A DNA stretch of 64,000 bases from Thermodesulfobacteriota bacterium. Lineage in GTDB: Bacteria > Desulfobacterota_D > UBA1144 > Nemesobacterales > Mycalebacteriaceae. Within the stretch, counting starts at the first letter, position 1, and the number at the start of each line of letters is the position of its first letter. The stretch is taken from assembly GCA_965198945.1 (NCBI GenBank), contig CBDAQI010000010.1, positions 73,720-137,719 of the forward strand, in the 5' to 3' direction. Positions 1 through 10,128 of this stretch are shown here, piece by piece. The notes beneath the pieces were generated by a model. That model was not told where the DNA came from, did not search any database, and worked only from the letters and a program-made list of their open reading frames with translations. Both the position numbers and the translations under genes were made by a program.

Positions 1-1
1 T

Positions 2-1750
2 GCAAACCTTTATGACCCCTCAAACCTTGAGACGCTTCACTGTGTAAATCAGGCCCTGCGGGCGCGACATCTGTTTCACAGGGATGTGGACTATATGGTC
101 AGAGACGGCAAGGTTGTGATTGTTGACGAATTCACCGGGCGTCTCATGGAGGGGCGGCGGTGGAGCGACGGTCTTCATCAGGCGGTGGAGGCGAAAGAGA
201 AAGCGGATATAGAGCAGGAAAACCAGACCCTTGCCACGATAACGCTTCAAAACTATTTCAGAATGTATGAAAAACTTTCGGGAATGACCGGAACGGCAGA
301 CACCGAAGCATTTGAATTTCAGAAAATATACGAGCTTGAAGTTACCATTGTGCCCACTCACAGGGATATGGTGAGAAATGATTTTGACGATGTGATTTAC
401 CGCACCGAGAAAGAGAAAAACTCCGCCATCTGTGACGAGATAAAAGAATTGAACAAACTCGGCAGACCCGTTCTTGTGGGCACAACTTCAATAGAGCAGT
501 CGGAGAAAATATCCGCCGTTCTTAAAAAAGAGGGCATCGGGCATCAGGTTTTGAACGCTAAAAATCATGCCAGAGAAGCGGAAATAGTGGCTCAGGCCGG
601 CAAAGAGGGGGCGGTTACCATTGCGACCAACATGGCGGGCAGGGGAACCGACATAGTTCTTGGCGGAAACCCGGAATTTGTTCCCGAAGGTGAGAAAAAG
701 TCGTTTGCGCAATCGCAGGCGGATTCCGAAGCCGGAAGGAAAAAGGTTCTGGAACTTGGCGGGCTTCATATAATCGGTTCCGAAAGGCACGAATCCCGAC
801 GCATAGACAACCAGCTGCGCGGTCGCTCGGGGCGTCAGGGAGATCCGGGCTCGTCCCGTTTTTACATATCTTTTGAAGACCCGCTTATGAGAATTTTTGC
901 GTCCGAAAGGGTCGCTTCAATCATGGACATGGTGGGCTGGGAAGAGGGTGTTCCTATGGAGCACGGGATGATGACAAAGGTCATAGAGTCTGCCCAGAAA
1001 AAGGTGGAAAGCCGTAACTTTGATATAAGAAAACACCTTCTTGACTATGACGATGTGCTGAACACTCAGAGAGAGGTGGTTTACAAACTGCGCCGCGGGA
1101 TACTTGAGGGCGGTGGCGCTCTCAAACAGAATTTTCTTGAGATAGTGAAGAAACTTTCCGAAGACCTTTCAGAGGAAATATCCGCCGCCTCCGGTGAAGA
1201 CGCTCAAGCTGTTACAAAAGAGGCGCGGAGCATCTTCAATCTCGGTGACAGAAAAATTGACGATCGCGCCCTCGGCAAAGCGGTGACGGACAGATACGCG
1301 GAAAAAGAGTCGGAAATCGGTGATGACGAAATCGTTTTTGACATTCAGAGGTTCATAATGCTTCAGACCCTTGACGGTTTATGGAAAGACCATCTGCTTG
1401 CGATGGACCATCTGAGGGAGGGAATAGGTTTGCGCGGCTACGCTCAGAAAAACCCGCTTTACGAATACAAAAACGAGGGTTTTGAGATGTTTTCAGATCT
1501 GATTGCGACATATGAAGAGGAGGTTTGTTCCAAATTTTTCAGTGTTCAGCTGGCGCGCAACGAGGATATACCGTCTTTGGAGCGGGAGCCCGAAACGCAG
1601 GATGTGTTTTTGTCATCCGGCGGCGAACCGGCCGAAGCCCCCGCTCCGCAGGTTGCGGCTCCCGTGCGCAGGGCGGGCGAAAAAGTCGGCAGAAACGACC
1701 CGTGCCCGTGCGGGAGTGGGAAAAAGTTTAAGAAATGTTGCGGGAAGTGA
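2..1750 (+). CDS. secA: Preprotein translocase ATPase SecA (5' part lies outside the window)
   Basis: Frame is open from position 2. Motifs [23 protein letters not shown] and [18 protein letters not shown], plus C-terminal SEC-C zinc motif [18 protein letters not shown]. Confidence 0.99.
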   Translation, partial: ANLYDPSNLETLHCVNQALRARHLFHRDVDYMVRDGKVVIVDEFTGRLMEGRRWSDGLHQAVEAKEKADIEQENQTLATITLQNYFRMYEKLSGMTGTADTEAFEFQKIYELEVTIVPTHRDMVRNDFDDVIYRTEKEKNSAICDEIKELNKLGRPVLVGTTSIEQSEKISAVLKKEGIGHQVLNAKNHAREAEIVAQAGKEGAVTIATNMAGRGTDIVLGGNPEFVPEGEKKSFAQSQADSEAGRKKVLELGGLHIIGSERHESRRIDNQLRGRSGRQGDPGSSRFYISFEDPLMRIFASERVASIMDMVGWEEGVPMEHGMMTKVIESAQKKVESRNFDIRKHLLDYDDVLNTQREVVYKLRRGILEGGGALKQNFLEIVKKLSEDLSEEISAASGEDAQAVTKEARSIFNLGDRKIDDRALGKAVTDRYAEKESEIGDDEIVFDIQRFIMLQTLDGLWKDHLLAMDHLREGIGLRGYAQKNPLYEYKNEGFEMFSDLIATYEEEVCSKFFSVQLARNEDIPSLEREPETQDVFLSSGGEPAEAPAPQVAAPVRRAGEKVGRNDPCPCGSGKKFKKCCGK

Positions 1751-1888
1751 GCGGGGAACCACTTCAGTAAATTAATAGTTAATAAGCTATCTGTATAAAT
1801 TAAGTTAGTTGACTAAATTTGTATGACTTTATAAAACTGGTTTTTCTTGCATAGCCCACATGAATCACGGTTACAACTTAAGCCCCTG

Positions 1889-2470
1889 TCAGAGGCTGCC
1901 GTGCCGCCCGCAGTGTTCAATGAGTGACTTGCAGGCCTTCTTAAGCATTCCGTCAGTGCGTTCGTCAAGTATCCGGCCGTTCTCGTCAAAAGCACTTGAT
2001 GCGCCTCTGACGGAACATTGTTCGGTGATTATCTGTGCGCCGACATTCATCATCACCGAACGCAGGTGGTAAAGGCCGCGAATACCGCCCAGGCTGCCGT
2101 CCGAAGCCGAGCCCAGAGCGATGTATCGCCCGTGCCACGGGTTGGTCCGGTCGGCGTTCGGTGATGACATCAGGCTGACCCAGTCAACCATGTTCTTCAA
2201 AAGCGGTGGGATGGATGAATTGTATTCGGGGCTGGCGATAAAGACGCCGCTGTGTTCGGCAACAATTTTGCCCAGCCGCATGGCGCTTTCGGGAATTCCC
2301 TCGCTATCCTTCGAGTCTTCATTGACCAGAGGCATCGGATAGTCAAGCAGTGAGATGTGTGTAACATCAGCGCCAAACTGCGTCAGCTTCAGCCGTGCCG
2401 CATTTACAAGTTTTTCATTGATTGATGCTGATTTGACCGAACCCGCAAAGACAAGAATGCGCGGTTTCAT
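1889..2470 (-). CDS. NAD(P)H-dependent FMN reductase (flavodoxin-like fold)
   Basis: ILVFAGS..S.N phosphate loop, SPEYNSSIPPLLKN.DW and GG.RG motifs; GGAGG RBS upstream. Confidence 0.92.
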   Translation of the reverse strand: MKPRILVFAGSVKSASINEKLVNAARLKLTQFGADVTHISLLDYPMPLVNEDSKDSEGIPESAMRLGKIVAEHSGVFIASPEYNSSIPPLLKNMVDWVSLMSSPNADRTNPWHGRYIALGSASDGSLGGIRGLYHLRSVMMNVGAQIITEQCSVRGASSAFDENGRILDERTDGMLKKACKSLIEHCGRHGSL

Positions 2471-2514
2471 AATTTATCCTCCTCCTAATTAAAGACGGTC
2501 ATTTCCTGTTTTAT

Positions 2515-2919
2515 TCAAGCCTTTCTCCACAAACACGCAAACAGGGAGAAAATTAAAACGCTCAAATAAGCGTAACCCAAATCAACAGCGGTTGCGGCTT
2601 TTGGGATCCCGCCCCAGTGGTGCTGGCTGAATATTACCGCTCCGACAATTCCCATTCCGATGAGGACACTCAGTTTGAAGGCGTCTCCGGCGGTTTGAAG
2701 ACCAAGACCGGCGGCGATTGCCGCCACACTCAGGCAAACAAGAAACTGTTTTCCAAACTCAACCGCCAGTTTGGAAGGGGTGTCATCGGGTTCGCTAATT
2801 CCGACCGCTTCCATAAAAATTACGCCGAACACCGCCTCGTTATACCAGACGGCGCCCACCACAAAAGCCACCAAAGTCGCAACGGTTACCGATATGAAGT
2901 TAACCCGCGAGAGGTTCAT
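2515..2919 (-). CDS. DUF1761-like small membrane protein
   Basis: About four hydrophobic segments; N-terminal pattern VNF..V.VA...AF.VGA.WY...FG. Start placed at ATG 2919 rather than TTG 2961. Confidence 0.7.
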   Translation of the reverse strand: MNLSRVNFISVTVATLVAFVVGAVWYNEAVFGVIFMEAVGISEPDDTPSKLAVEFGKQFLVCLSVAAIAAGLGLQTAGDAFKLSVLIGMGIVGAVIFSQHHWGGIPKAATAVDLGYAYLSVLIFSLFACLWRKA

Positions 2920-3211
2920 TGCCGCTTTCCGCGAGTTTTGAGATTTTTGCCGCGAGCGCAAAGTCTTTTTTGGTTATTCCGCCTTCGCTGTGAGTTGAAA
3001 GCGTGATTTTCACCTTCTTCCAGCCGTGCATCAGGATGTCGGGGTGATGGTCTGCTTTTTCCGCTTCAATTCCGACTCTCACTACAAAAGCAAGGGCTTC
3101 CGAGAAGTTCCGTAAGGTAAAGTTTCTGTAAATGGCTTTTTTACCGGCTCTCCACCCACCGGACAGATTTTTCAGCCTTTTCTGGACTTCCTGAGCGCTT
3201 AAAATGGCCAT
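2900..3211 (-). CDS. phhB: Pterin-4-alpha-carbinolamine dehydratase
   Basis: AEKADHHPDI and LSTHSEGGITKKDF signature motifs. Confidence 0.93.
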   Translation of the reverse strand: MAILSAQEVQKRLKNLSGGWRAGKKAIYRNFTLRNFSEALAFVVRVGIEAEKADHHPDILMHGWKKVKITLSTHSEGGITKKDFALAAKISKLAESGNEPLAG

Positions 3212-3234
3212 TTACGGGGTCACTGCGCGACTGT

Positions 3235-3264
3235 TTGACAACTACCGCGCCCACCTTGTATTAT
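3235..3264 (+). promoter_or_regulatory. Putative sigma70 promoter for the thiolase-DUF35-MaoC operon
   Basis: TTGACA (3235-3240), 18-nt spacer, TATTAT (3259-3264). Confidence 0.45.
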
Positions 3265-3305
3265 ACAAACCCTGTTTATTCAAGACAAGGGGGGAGTTGA
3301 TTCCA

Positions 3306-4514
3306 ATGAGTTGTGAACTCGGTATGAAAGAAGCCCGCGAGCTTCTGAAAAAACACAAAATTGTAATCGCCGGAGTCGGCGAGACTGAACAGGGAAAGAT
3401 TCCCGACAAAAGTTCTTTCCACTTTCTTTCCGAAGCGTCAAAACTTGCGATAGAAGACGCCGGCATCAAAAAAACCGATGTTGACGGTCTTGTAACCGCA
3501 TTTTCGCTTGTGGAGCAGACATTTATGCACTGCACCACTTTTGCGGACTATTTCGGTATGAATCCCAGATTTTTCTCATCAATAGCGGTCGGCGGTTCAA
3601 CGGCCGTGTGGATGGCGGCCGAAGCGGCCATGGCCGTTGCGTCAGGTCAGGCCGAAGTCGTTTTGTGTGTCAGGGGAGACAACACGCTTTCCGGAATTTC
3701 TTCTTCGGGAATGGTCGCGCTTATAAGAGAGATGTGCCACGCGGAGTTTGAATTCCCTTACGGGCTTACCACTCCCGGAGGCTATGCGCTTGCGGCACAG
3801 AGGTATCTGCACGAATACGGCAACAGCAGGGAGCACCTCGCCGCAGTTGCCACAACAATGAGAAAACACGCGGCGGACAAAGAAAATGCAATGAATAAAG
3901 ATCCTCTTTCCATTGAGGATGTGCTCGGCTCCCGCGTAATCGCCGAGCCGCTTACAAAATATGACTGCTCAATAATTTCCGACGGCGGCTGCGCTTTCAT
4001 AATAACCACTGAGGAAAAGGCAAAAGAGCTGGGCATAGAAAACAATCTTGCCTACCTGTGGGGAATGGGTCAGGGATATTCGCATCAGTATCTGACCACA
4101 CTCAACGATCTCGGGCAGATATACGGGGCGGTTGAAGCCTCCGGCAAAAAGGCGTTCGGCACTGCGGGCATAGGCACCGACGATGTTGATGTCGCTTTCC
4201 TCTATGACTGCTTTACGATAACGGTTCTGCTTGAACTTGAGGGGCTCGGCTTTGTCAAACCGGGAGAGGGCGGACCTTTCGCGCTTGAAGGCAGAATGGA
4301 GAACGGGAAAGACCTTCCGGTCAATACGCACGGAGGTCTTCTCTCTCAGGCGCATCTCGGTGCGATGCACCATGTTGTTGAAGCGACCCTTCAGCTCCGC
4401 GGTTCCGCCGGCAAAAGGCAGGTAGACGGCGCCGAAGTTGCGCTTGTGCATGGAAACGGCGGCATAGTCAGCGCCCACAGCACAATACTGCTCGGCAATC
4501 AGCCGCTCAATTGA
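3306..4514 (+). CDS. Thiolase-superfamily protein, SCP2/Ltp2 (lipid-transfer protein)-like, without the nucleophile Cys
   Basis: IAGVGET, DCSIISDGG, LYDCFT and VNTHGGLLS motifs. ATG 3306 follows a GGGGAG RBS; the track start at 3204 overlaps the divergent gene. Confidence 0.88.
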   Translation: MSCELGMKEARELLKKHKIVIAGVGETEQGKIPDKSSFHFLSEASKLAIEDAGIKKTDVDGLVTAFSLVEQTFMHCTTFADYFGMNPRFFSSIAVGGSTAVWMAAEAAMAVASGQAEVVLCVRGDNTLSGISSSGMVALIREMCHAEFEFPYGLTTPGGYALAAQRYLHEYGNSREHLAAVATTMRKHAADKENAMNKDPLSIEDVLGSRVIAEPLTKYDCSIISDGGCAFIITTEEKAKELGIENNLAYLWGMGQGYSHQYLTTLNDLGQIYGAVEASGKKAFGTAGIGTDDVDVAFLYDCFTITVLLELEGLGFVKPGEGGPFALEGRMENGKDLPVNTHGGLLSQAHLGAMHHVVEATLQLRGSAGKRQVDGAEVALVHGNGGIVSAHSTILLGNQPLN

Positions 4515-4556
4515 CAGGGCGGAGCGGGTTTTTACTAATCAGGAGGAATTACAGAT

Positions 4557-4976
4557 ATGTCTGAAAACAAATATGCAAAACCTCTTCCGGAGTTCCGTCC
4601 GGAAACAAAACCGTTTTGGGACGGGTGTAAGAGTCACAGTCTTATGCTTCCGCGCTCAAAACAGACCGGAAAGTTTTTCTTTTATCCGAGGGCTTTTTCT
4701 CCGGGAGATGACATGAGCTCTGACATTGAGTGGGTTAAATCTCCGGGCAGGGGAAAAGTCTGGACCTTCTCCATTCATCATATGGGGCCCACAAAGGCCT
4801 ATAAGGCAGACGGCGCATATGTGGTTGCGCTCATAGAGCTTGAAGAAGGCGTAAAGATGATGTCCAATGTTGTGGACTGTGATGTGAATGAAGTCAAAAT
4901 CGGAATGGAAGTTGAGGTAGTTTTTGACGATGTTACCGACGAGGTGACGCTTCCGAAGTTCCGTCCCGTCAAATAG
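4557..4976 (+). CDS. DUF35/OB-fold acyl-CoA-binding partner of the thiolase
   Basis: PFWDG, GRGKVWTFS, YVVALIELEEG and IGMEVEVVF..LPKFRP motifs; AGGAGG RBS. Confidence 0.9.
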   Translation: MSENKYAKPLPEFRPETKPFWDGCKSHSLMLPRSKQTGKFFFYPRAFSPGDDMSSDIEWVKSPGRGKVWTFSIHHMGPTKAYKADGAYVVALIELEEGVKMMSNVVDCDVNEVKIGMEVEVVFDDVTDEVTLPKFRPVK

Positions 4977-4996
4977 GAACCCGGAGGAAATCAGTT

Positions 4997-5452
4997 ATGT
5001 CAAAAATTTTCTACGAAGACATTGAAGTGGGTGAAGAGCACGAAAGCACCGGCAGAACCGTTACCGAAGCTGATGTTGTGAATTTTGCCGGTCTTTCGGC
5101 GGACTTCAACAATATGCACATAGACGAGGAGTTTGCGAAAAAAACGGTTTTTACAACGCGCGTCGCGCACGGCTTGTGTGTTCTTTCAATATCTTCAGGT
5201 CTCTGGTTTACCATGCCCAGACTTGCCACAATCGCCTTCATGGGGCTTGAGGACTGGCGCTTTTCCGGTGCGGTAAAGTTTGGCGACACGATAAGAATTA
5301 AACGCCGCCTTGCGGAAAAACGCGAACACAAAAGGCCGAATATGGGTTTTCTCATATGGGAACTTGATGTTCTGAATCAGAAGGACGAGGTTGTGCAGAA
5401 GGGCAAATGGGTTATTCTTGTTCAGAGAAGGGAAACGGAGGGGAAGAGCTGA
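4997..5452 (+). CDS. MaoC/PaaZ-C hot-dog (R)-specific enoyl-CoA hydratase
   Basis: RTVTEADV.NFAGLSADFNNMH.D hydratase-2 motif, AHG and GDT. Confidence 0.9.
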   Translation: MSKIFYEDIEVGEEHESTGRTVTEADVVNFAGLSADFNNMHIDEEFAKKTVFTTRVAHGLCVLSISSGLWFTMPRLATIAFMGLEDWRFSGAVKFGDTIRIKRRLAEKREHKRPNMGFLIWELDVLNQKDEVVQKGKWVILVQRRETEGKS

Positions 5453-5478
5453 CCGCTCTCCGCAAAGTGAATTTTCCC

Positions 5479-5508
5479 TTGTTTAATTGGTGTCTGTTAC
5501 ATTATAAT
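5479..5508 (+). promoter_or_regulatory. Putative sigma70 promoter of the outer-membrane protein gene
   Basis: TTGTTT (5479-5484), 18-nt spacer, TATAAT (5503-5508). Confidence 0.35.
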
Positions 5509-5561
5509 GAGTGTTCAGTTTCGGGTTATTGTTTTTTAATCCTTAACGGGAGATTATCAGG

Positions 5562-6209
5562 ATGAGGAAATTTATCTTATTACTGGTTCCGGTTTTTACG
5601 GCCGTCCTTGCATTTACCGCACCCTCCGTTGCACAGACGGATCCCGGCTACGGGTCTTTGGGTGCGAGCTCTGTGACGGCAAAGTTTATTTCAAAAGAGT
5701 TCGGGGGTGAAATCGTACGGAAAGCTGCGGTGTCCGGAGCCCAAAGGTTTCAGGGATTTCAAATTGACACGGATTTGTTCCACACAGAGCATGTTGATTT
5801 TATTACCGAGACTTCATACTCTCAGGTATCTTCAAACGGTTTGAAATCGTGGGTCTTTGACGCTTCCCTGAAGCCCGTTGCATATAAACGGATAACACCG
5901 AACATCAAATTATTCGGAGCGGGTTCTCTCGGTCTTGCAAGAGCCAATGTAAAGACTTCCCACACGAATCAATACAAGGAAACCGAGCTTATATGGAGCC
6001 TTGCCACCGGCGCCGAACTTAACCAGGGGCGTTTGTCTTTGCTTATTTCGGTCGGATATGAGTGGATGGATGAATTTGGAAAAGGCGCCGAGGTTGAAAC
6101 CGAAGCCAAAATAACAATGACAGACCGGTTGTTTCTGAACACCGGATTGGGCTATAACTGGAATCCTCAGGCTTTTTCGTTCAATATCGGAATGGGTCTC
6201 CGTTTCTGA
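5562..6209 (+). CDS. Outer-membrane beta-barrel protein (about 8 strands), function unknown
   Basis: Sec signal peptide (MRK-hydrophobic-SVA), alternating amphipathic strands, C-terminal BAM-type signal FNIGMGLRF. Confidence 0.75.
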   Translation: MRKFILLLVPVFTAVLAFTAPSVAQTDPGYGSLGASSVTAKFISKEFGGEIVRKAAVSGAQRFQGFQIDTDLFHTEHVDFITETSYSQVSSNGLKSWVFDASLKPVAYKRITPNIKLFGAGSLGLARANVKTSHTNQYKETELIWSLATGAELNQGRLSLLISVGYEWMDEFGKGAEVETEAKITMTDRLFLNTGLGYNWNPQAFSFNIGMGLRF

Positions 6210-6232
6210 TTCAAAACGGATTTTACTTTTTA

Positions 6233-6988
6233 TCAGTTATCGCAGCTTTTGAGAATTTTTGCCACTTCTCCGGAAAAACCGGCTATTTTCTCTCTTATGA
6301 TAAGGTCTGCATATTCGTCATAGGGAGTTTCCATAAGGTTCAGAATTATAAGTTTTGCGCCTTTTCTCAGAGCCATTTGAGGCAGAGTGCTCGCCGGTGT
6401 TACAACAAGTGAAGAACCGGCCACTATAAGAACATCCGATTTCTCAACCAGCTCAACCGCATTGTTCCACGGTTCGCGCGGAAGCGGCTCTCCGAAAAAA
6501 ACCGCGTTCGGTTTCAGAATTCCGCCACACTCGCAGACGGGGGCTTTTTCTCCATTCTTCACCCTCTCCATCACTTCTTCCATCGGTCTGTGCTCTCCGC
6601 ATTCAACACAAACCGTCTCCCGTATTGAGCCGTGAAGCTCATGCACGGTTTGTGAGCCGGCCTCTGTGTGAAGCCCGTCCACGTTCTGGGTTATGATTCC
6701 CCCTATCACTCCCCGACTTTCAAGTTCGGAAAACAAAAAATGTCCGGCATTGGGTTTTGCCGCACTGCGGGTCGGGTAGAGCTCCAGCGCATATGAGTAG
6801 TAGGCTGCGGGATTGCGAAGAAATCCGTCAAGACTGACCACCGATTGGTCCATTTTTTCCCAGATGCCCTCTCCGGGTGACCTGTAGTCGGGAATTCCGG
6901 ACTCGGTGCTTATTCCCGCTCCGGTGAGAACCGCGCCGTTTCCGGCAAGCGAGAGTATTTCAACAAATTTTTCCGCCCCGGCGTGCAA
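6233..6988 (-). CDS. cobB: Sir2-family NAD-dependent protein deacylase
   Basis: TGAGISTESGIPDYR, ITQNVDGLH, ELHGS, CxxC...CxC zinc site, VFFGE and GSSL motifs. Confidence 0.95.
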   Translation of the reverse strand: MHAGAEKFVEILSLAGNGAVLTGAGISTESGIPDYRSPGEGIWEKMDQSVVSLDGFLRNPAAYYSYALELYPTRSAAKPNAGHFLFSELESRGVIGGIITQNVDGLHTEAGSQTVHELHGSIRETVCVECGEHRPMEEVMERVKNGEKAPVCECGGILKPNAVFFGEPLPREPWNNAVELVEKSDVLIVAGSSLVVTPASTLPQMALRKGAKLIILNLMETPYDEYADLIIREKIAGFSGEVAKILKSCDN

Positions 6989-7008
6989 ACCGTCAACCGT
7001 CCGGGTTT

Positions 7009-7682
7009 TTACCGTGAGTCCGGCAGAAAGGTGATTTTTTTTGCATTACCGTCTTCTTTTGTCTCAAATTTTATGCCTTTCATTTCTTTTACCGCGGTAT
7101 AGACCACTTTTCTTTCATATGCCTGCATTTTATGGAAAGTGAACGGCCTTCCCGATTCTATTACCTTTTTTGCGGCTTCCACAGCTTTTCTTTCAATCTC
7201 TTTTTCTCTTTCCCTTTTGTAGTTGTTGATGTCTATTGAAATTCTTTTGCCTTTGCCCGGCTGCTTGCCCGTTTTTGCCGACACTATTCTCGCGACAATG
7301 TATTCCAGATTTCTGAGGGTTTCCCCGTATTTACCTATTAAAAGGCCTTGGGACTCTTCAACATTCAAGTCAACCTCTATGGCAGAATCGGTTTCCGAAA
7401 CTTTGAGGGAGTGTTGGATTCCCATAATGTCCAGAATTTTTGCGGTTGCCTCGCGGGTTTCTTCCGGCACTTTTTCAGGGAAGTAAGCCGTTGTTCCGCC
7501 GCCGTTTTCACCGCCTTTCGCCATGACTCTGATCTTTGCCTTTTTGCCGCCTATCCCAGGATGCCTCTTGTTGGTTTCTGTAAAACCTCAACTTGAACTT
7601 CGTCCCTGCGGACACTCAATTCCAGAAGAGCTTCTTCAATCGCTTCTTCAACCGTGTCAGCCTCTTTTTCAATCATTTTCAT
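7009..7682 (-). CDS. jag: Jag/KhpB (EloR) RNA-binding protein, split by a 1-nt frameshift near 7555
   Basis: Jag_N domain MKMIEKEADTVEEAIEEALLEL... starts at ATG 7682 (GGAGG RBS) and stops at TAG 7553-7551. The KH (LIGKYG) and R3H-like part continues in the 7009..7524 frame. Position after yidC is the conserved one. Confidence 0.85.
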
Positions 7683-7722
7683 TTTCCCGTTCCTCCAGTT
7701 TTGTTACTTGTTTTCCCCCTTT

Positions 7723-9375
7723 TTAAGCGGGACTGCTCCTGTTTATGTATATCTGTTGTGCAACACTCAGCACATTGCTTGCCGTCCAGTACAGCACAAG
7801 ACCCGAAGGAAAGTCCCACATGACAACCGTAAAAACCACCGGCATGAACTGCATTATTTTCGCCTGCATCGCGGCAGTGTCGCCCGTGGCGGTCATGGGA
7901 GTGAGCTTTGTTGAAAACCACCATGAAACCCCCATTGCAAGAGGGAGAATTCTAAACGGCACGGAAGTCCAGGGTATGGTGAAAAGCCCCTTCTCAGGAG
8001 CCGAAAGGTCTGTTATCCAGAGAAAATCACTGTGACGCAAGTCTATTGAATACAGAAGACCGTAGTAAAGGGCTATGAAAACCGGCACCTGAGCGAGCAT
8101 CGGCAGACATCCTCCCAGACTGCTGAGCGGATTGACTCCGTGGCTTGAGTAGAGCTTCATCATTTCCTCGTTCTGGCGCTTTTTATCGTCCTTGAACTTT
8201 TCCTTCAGAGCATCTATTTTCGGTTTTATGATTTCCATTTTCTTCTGCATCTTCTTCATTGATCTCATTCCCCTTATGGAGAGAGGTAGAAACATCAATC
8301 TGAACACAATTGTTATTACTATTATTGACACTCCGTAGTTGTTGAAAATCCTGTTTGTGTAGTTCAGGATTTTTACGGCGAGTTTTGAAAGACCTCCGAA
8401 CCATCCGTAATCAATGGCATTTTCAAACCCGTAGCCGGCAGCTTTAAGCATGCTCTCCTCTTTGGGGCCGATGTAGGATTTCCATTTGCGAACCGAGATC
8501 GCGCCTGCGGGAACCGAAAACCTTCCATATGAAAAGGCGGTCTCAATGTTTTCCGCCTTGTCGTTTTTTGCGCGAACCTCTGTTGTTTCACCCGATTCGG
8601 GCAGTGAAGCGAGAATGAAGTATTTTTTTGAAAAACCAAGCCAGTCCACTCTTCCGGAAAGTGAACGTCCGCTTTTGTCTCCGGCATCGTTGAACTGTTT
8701 CTTTTCACCGTTCAGCGAGACGACAAGAGCGTCCGCAGGCCCGTATCGCGCCTCCTCTATTTCTCCTCTCTGAAGAAAATGGATTGCATATTCGGCGGTT
8801 TCTCCGGATTTGTTTTCTATCTCGTATCTGCCTCCGATAACATATGTGTCCGGTGCAAAAGAAAGTTTTTTGGTAATTTTAACGCCGTCTTTTTCATACA
8901 GGAGGGCTATCTCTCTTGCGAGCCCCTCAACATTGACAACTTCTGCTCCCTCATATTTGAAAGGTATTGCGGGCGCAAGTTTTATTTTTTCAACGGACAA
9001 AGCCGTTTCGGGAGCCGTTGACGAGACCTCAAGAAGATTCAGCCGGGTTTCGGCACCGGGGTTTTCAAAGTAGTTGTGAAGAAGAAACTTCTTGACGGTT
9101 CCGCCCGCAGTGTCAACAAATGCGGTGTATAGAGGTGTCCGGATCTCCAGCGTTTTGCCGGTTTGCACGGAGTCCCAGGGATTTTGCTCTCCCCAGACGC
9201 CTGCCGGAACCGCCGCCGTTGCGGCCTGCTTTCGTTCCGTCCGTTTTTCAGTTTTCTCCACGGCAGCCTGTTCGGCCTGCGGTCTGGGAGGAAACAGTTT
9301 GGAATATCCGAAGATAATTCCCAGGGCGAGAACGGCAAAGACTATGTAATTAAAGGTGAGTTTTTCATCTTTCAT
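7723..9375 (-). CDS. yidC: Membrane protein insertase YidC
   Basis: YIGPK, IDYGWF, NYGVSII, GGCLPML.Q.P and PSGLVLYW motifs; N-terminal TM plus periplasmic domain. Confidence 0.97.
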   Translation of the reverse strand: MKDEKLTFNYIVFAVLALGIIFGYSKLFPPRPQAEQAAVEKTEKRTERKQAATAAVPAGVWGEQNPWDSVQTGKTLEIRTPLYTAFVDTAGGTVKKFLLHNYFENPGAETRLNLLEVSSTAPETALSVEKIKLAPAIPFKYEGAEVVNVEGLAREIALLYEKDGVKITKKLSFAPDTYVIGGRYEIENKSGETAEYAIHFLQRGEIEEARYGPADALVVSLNGEKKQFNDAGDKSGRSLSGRVDWLGFSKKYFILASLPESGETTEVRAKNDKAENIETAFSYGRFSVPAGAISVRKWKSYIGPKEESMLKAAGYGFENAIDYGWFGGLSKLAVKILNYTNRIFNNYGVSIIVITIVFRLMFLPLSIRGMRSMKKMQKKMEIIKPKIDALKEKFKDDKKRQNEEMMKLYSSHGVNPLSSLGGCLPMLAQVPVFIALYYGLLYSIDLRHSDFLWITDLSAPEKGLFTIPWTSVPFRILPLAMGVSWWFSTKLTPMTATGDTAAMQAKIMQFMPVVFTVVMWDFPSGLVLYWTASNVLSVAQQIYINRSSPA

Positions 9376-9389
9376 GTTTTTTCACCGGT

Positions 9390-9632
9390 TCATTTTGTTC
9401 CGCTTGTCCCTCCCACCGGGTCATAACCGCCCGGATGGAAGGGGTGGCATTTTGCAATTCTGCGCAGAGCCATTGCTCCGCCCTTTCCCATACCATGCAT
9501 TTTGATTGCTTGTGCCGAGTATTCGGAACAGCTCGGATGGAAGCGGCATCGTTTTCCCAGTATGGGGGAGACGGCTTTGCGGTATATCTCTATCAGTAAA
9601 ACGGCCAGTTTCCCGGCCGCACGGGCGGCCAT
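9390..9632 (-). CDS. yidD: Membrane protein insertion efficiency factor YidD
   Basis: [10 protein letters not shown] and [16 protein letters not shown] motifs; lies between rnpA and yidC. Confidence 0.96.
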   Translation of the reverse strand: MAARAAGKLAVLLIEIYRKAVSPILGKRCRFHPSCSEYSAQAIKMHGMGKGGAMALRRIAKCHPFHPGGYDPVGGTSGTK

Positions 9633-9982
9633 TATTTATCCCCGCCCATCATATCAATTATTTCTCCGCTTACTGCGGGAAAAGAAAGGTGAGACACATC
9701 CTTTTTTGCTATGAAAACCACATCGTTTGAGTCAAATCTGTGTTTGTTCAGTCTGAAAGTCTCCCTGAAATAACGTTTGATTTTGTTTCTTGAAACGGCT
9801 TGCGAAACCGCTTTTTTAGCAACGGTGTGGCCCATGCGCGGAAAGCCCAGACCGTTTTTTAACATTGCGAGAGAGAAGTTTTGAGATGAGATCCTTTTTC
9901 CCTTTTTCAGAACGCGCTCATACTCATTTTTTTCCATAAGTTTTTCTCGTTTTCGCAGCCTTGCATCGCGGACTCCATTCAT
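9632..9982 (-). CDS. rnpA: Ribonuclease P protein component
   Basis: RNR-type motif [13 protein letters not shown]; conserved rpmH-rnpA-yidD synteny. Confidence 0.92.
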   Translation of the reverse strand: MNGVRDARLRKREKLMEKNEYERVLKKGKRISSQNFSLAMLKNGLGFPRMGHTVAKKAVSQAVSRNKIKRYFRETFRLNKHRFDSNDVVFIAKKDVSHLSFPAVSGEIIDMMGGDK

Positions 9983-10128
9983 TTTGACCGGAACTGGACG
10001 GTCAGAACATACCTGCCTTTCTGCACCCTTCTTTTAAGAGTGCGGCGACCGCCCACCGTGCTCATCCTCGCGCGGAATCCGTGGGTTCTTATCGCTTTTT
10101 TTCTGTGCGGCTGAAAAGTTCTCTTCAT
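9979..10128 (-). CDS. rpmH: 50S ribosomal protein L34 (49 aa; missing from the ORF track)
   Basis: Hand translation gives [53 protein letters not shown] overlap with rnpA. Confidence 0.96.
   Translation of the reverse strand: MKRTFQPHRKKAIRTHGFRARMSTVGGRRTLKRRVQKGRYVLTVQFRSK

Noticed and set aside
6233..6988. Sirtuin as the effector of a Sir2-HerA defence system
   Set aside because: It is a classic Zn-binding CobB-type deacylase with host-like composition, about 11 kb from herA and in a housekeeping operon.
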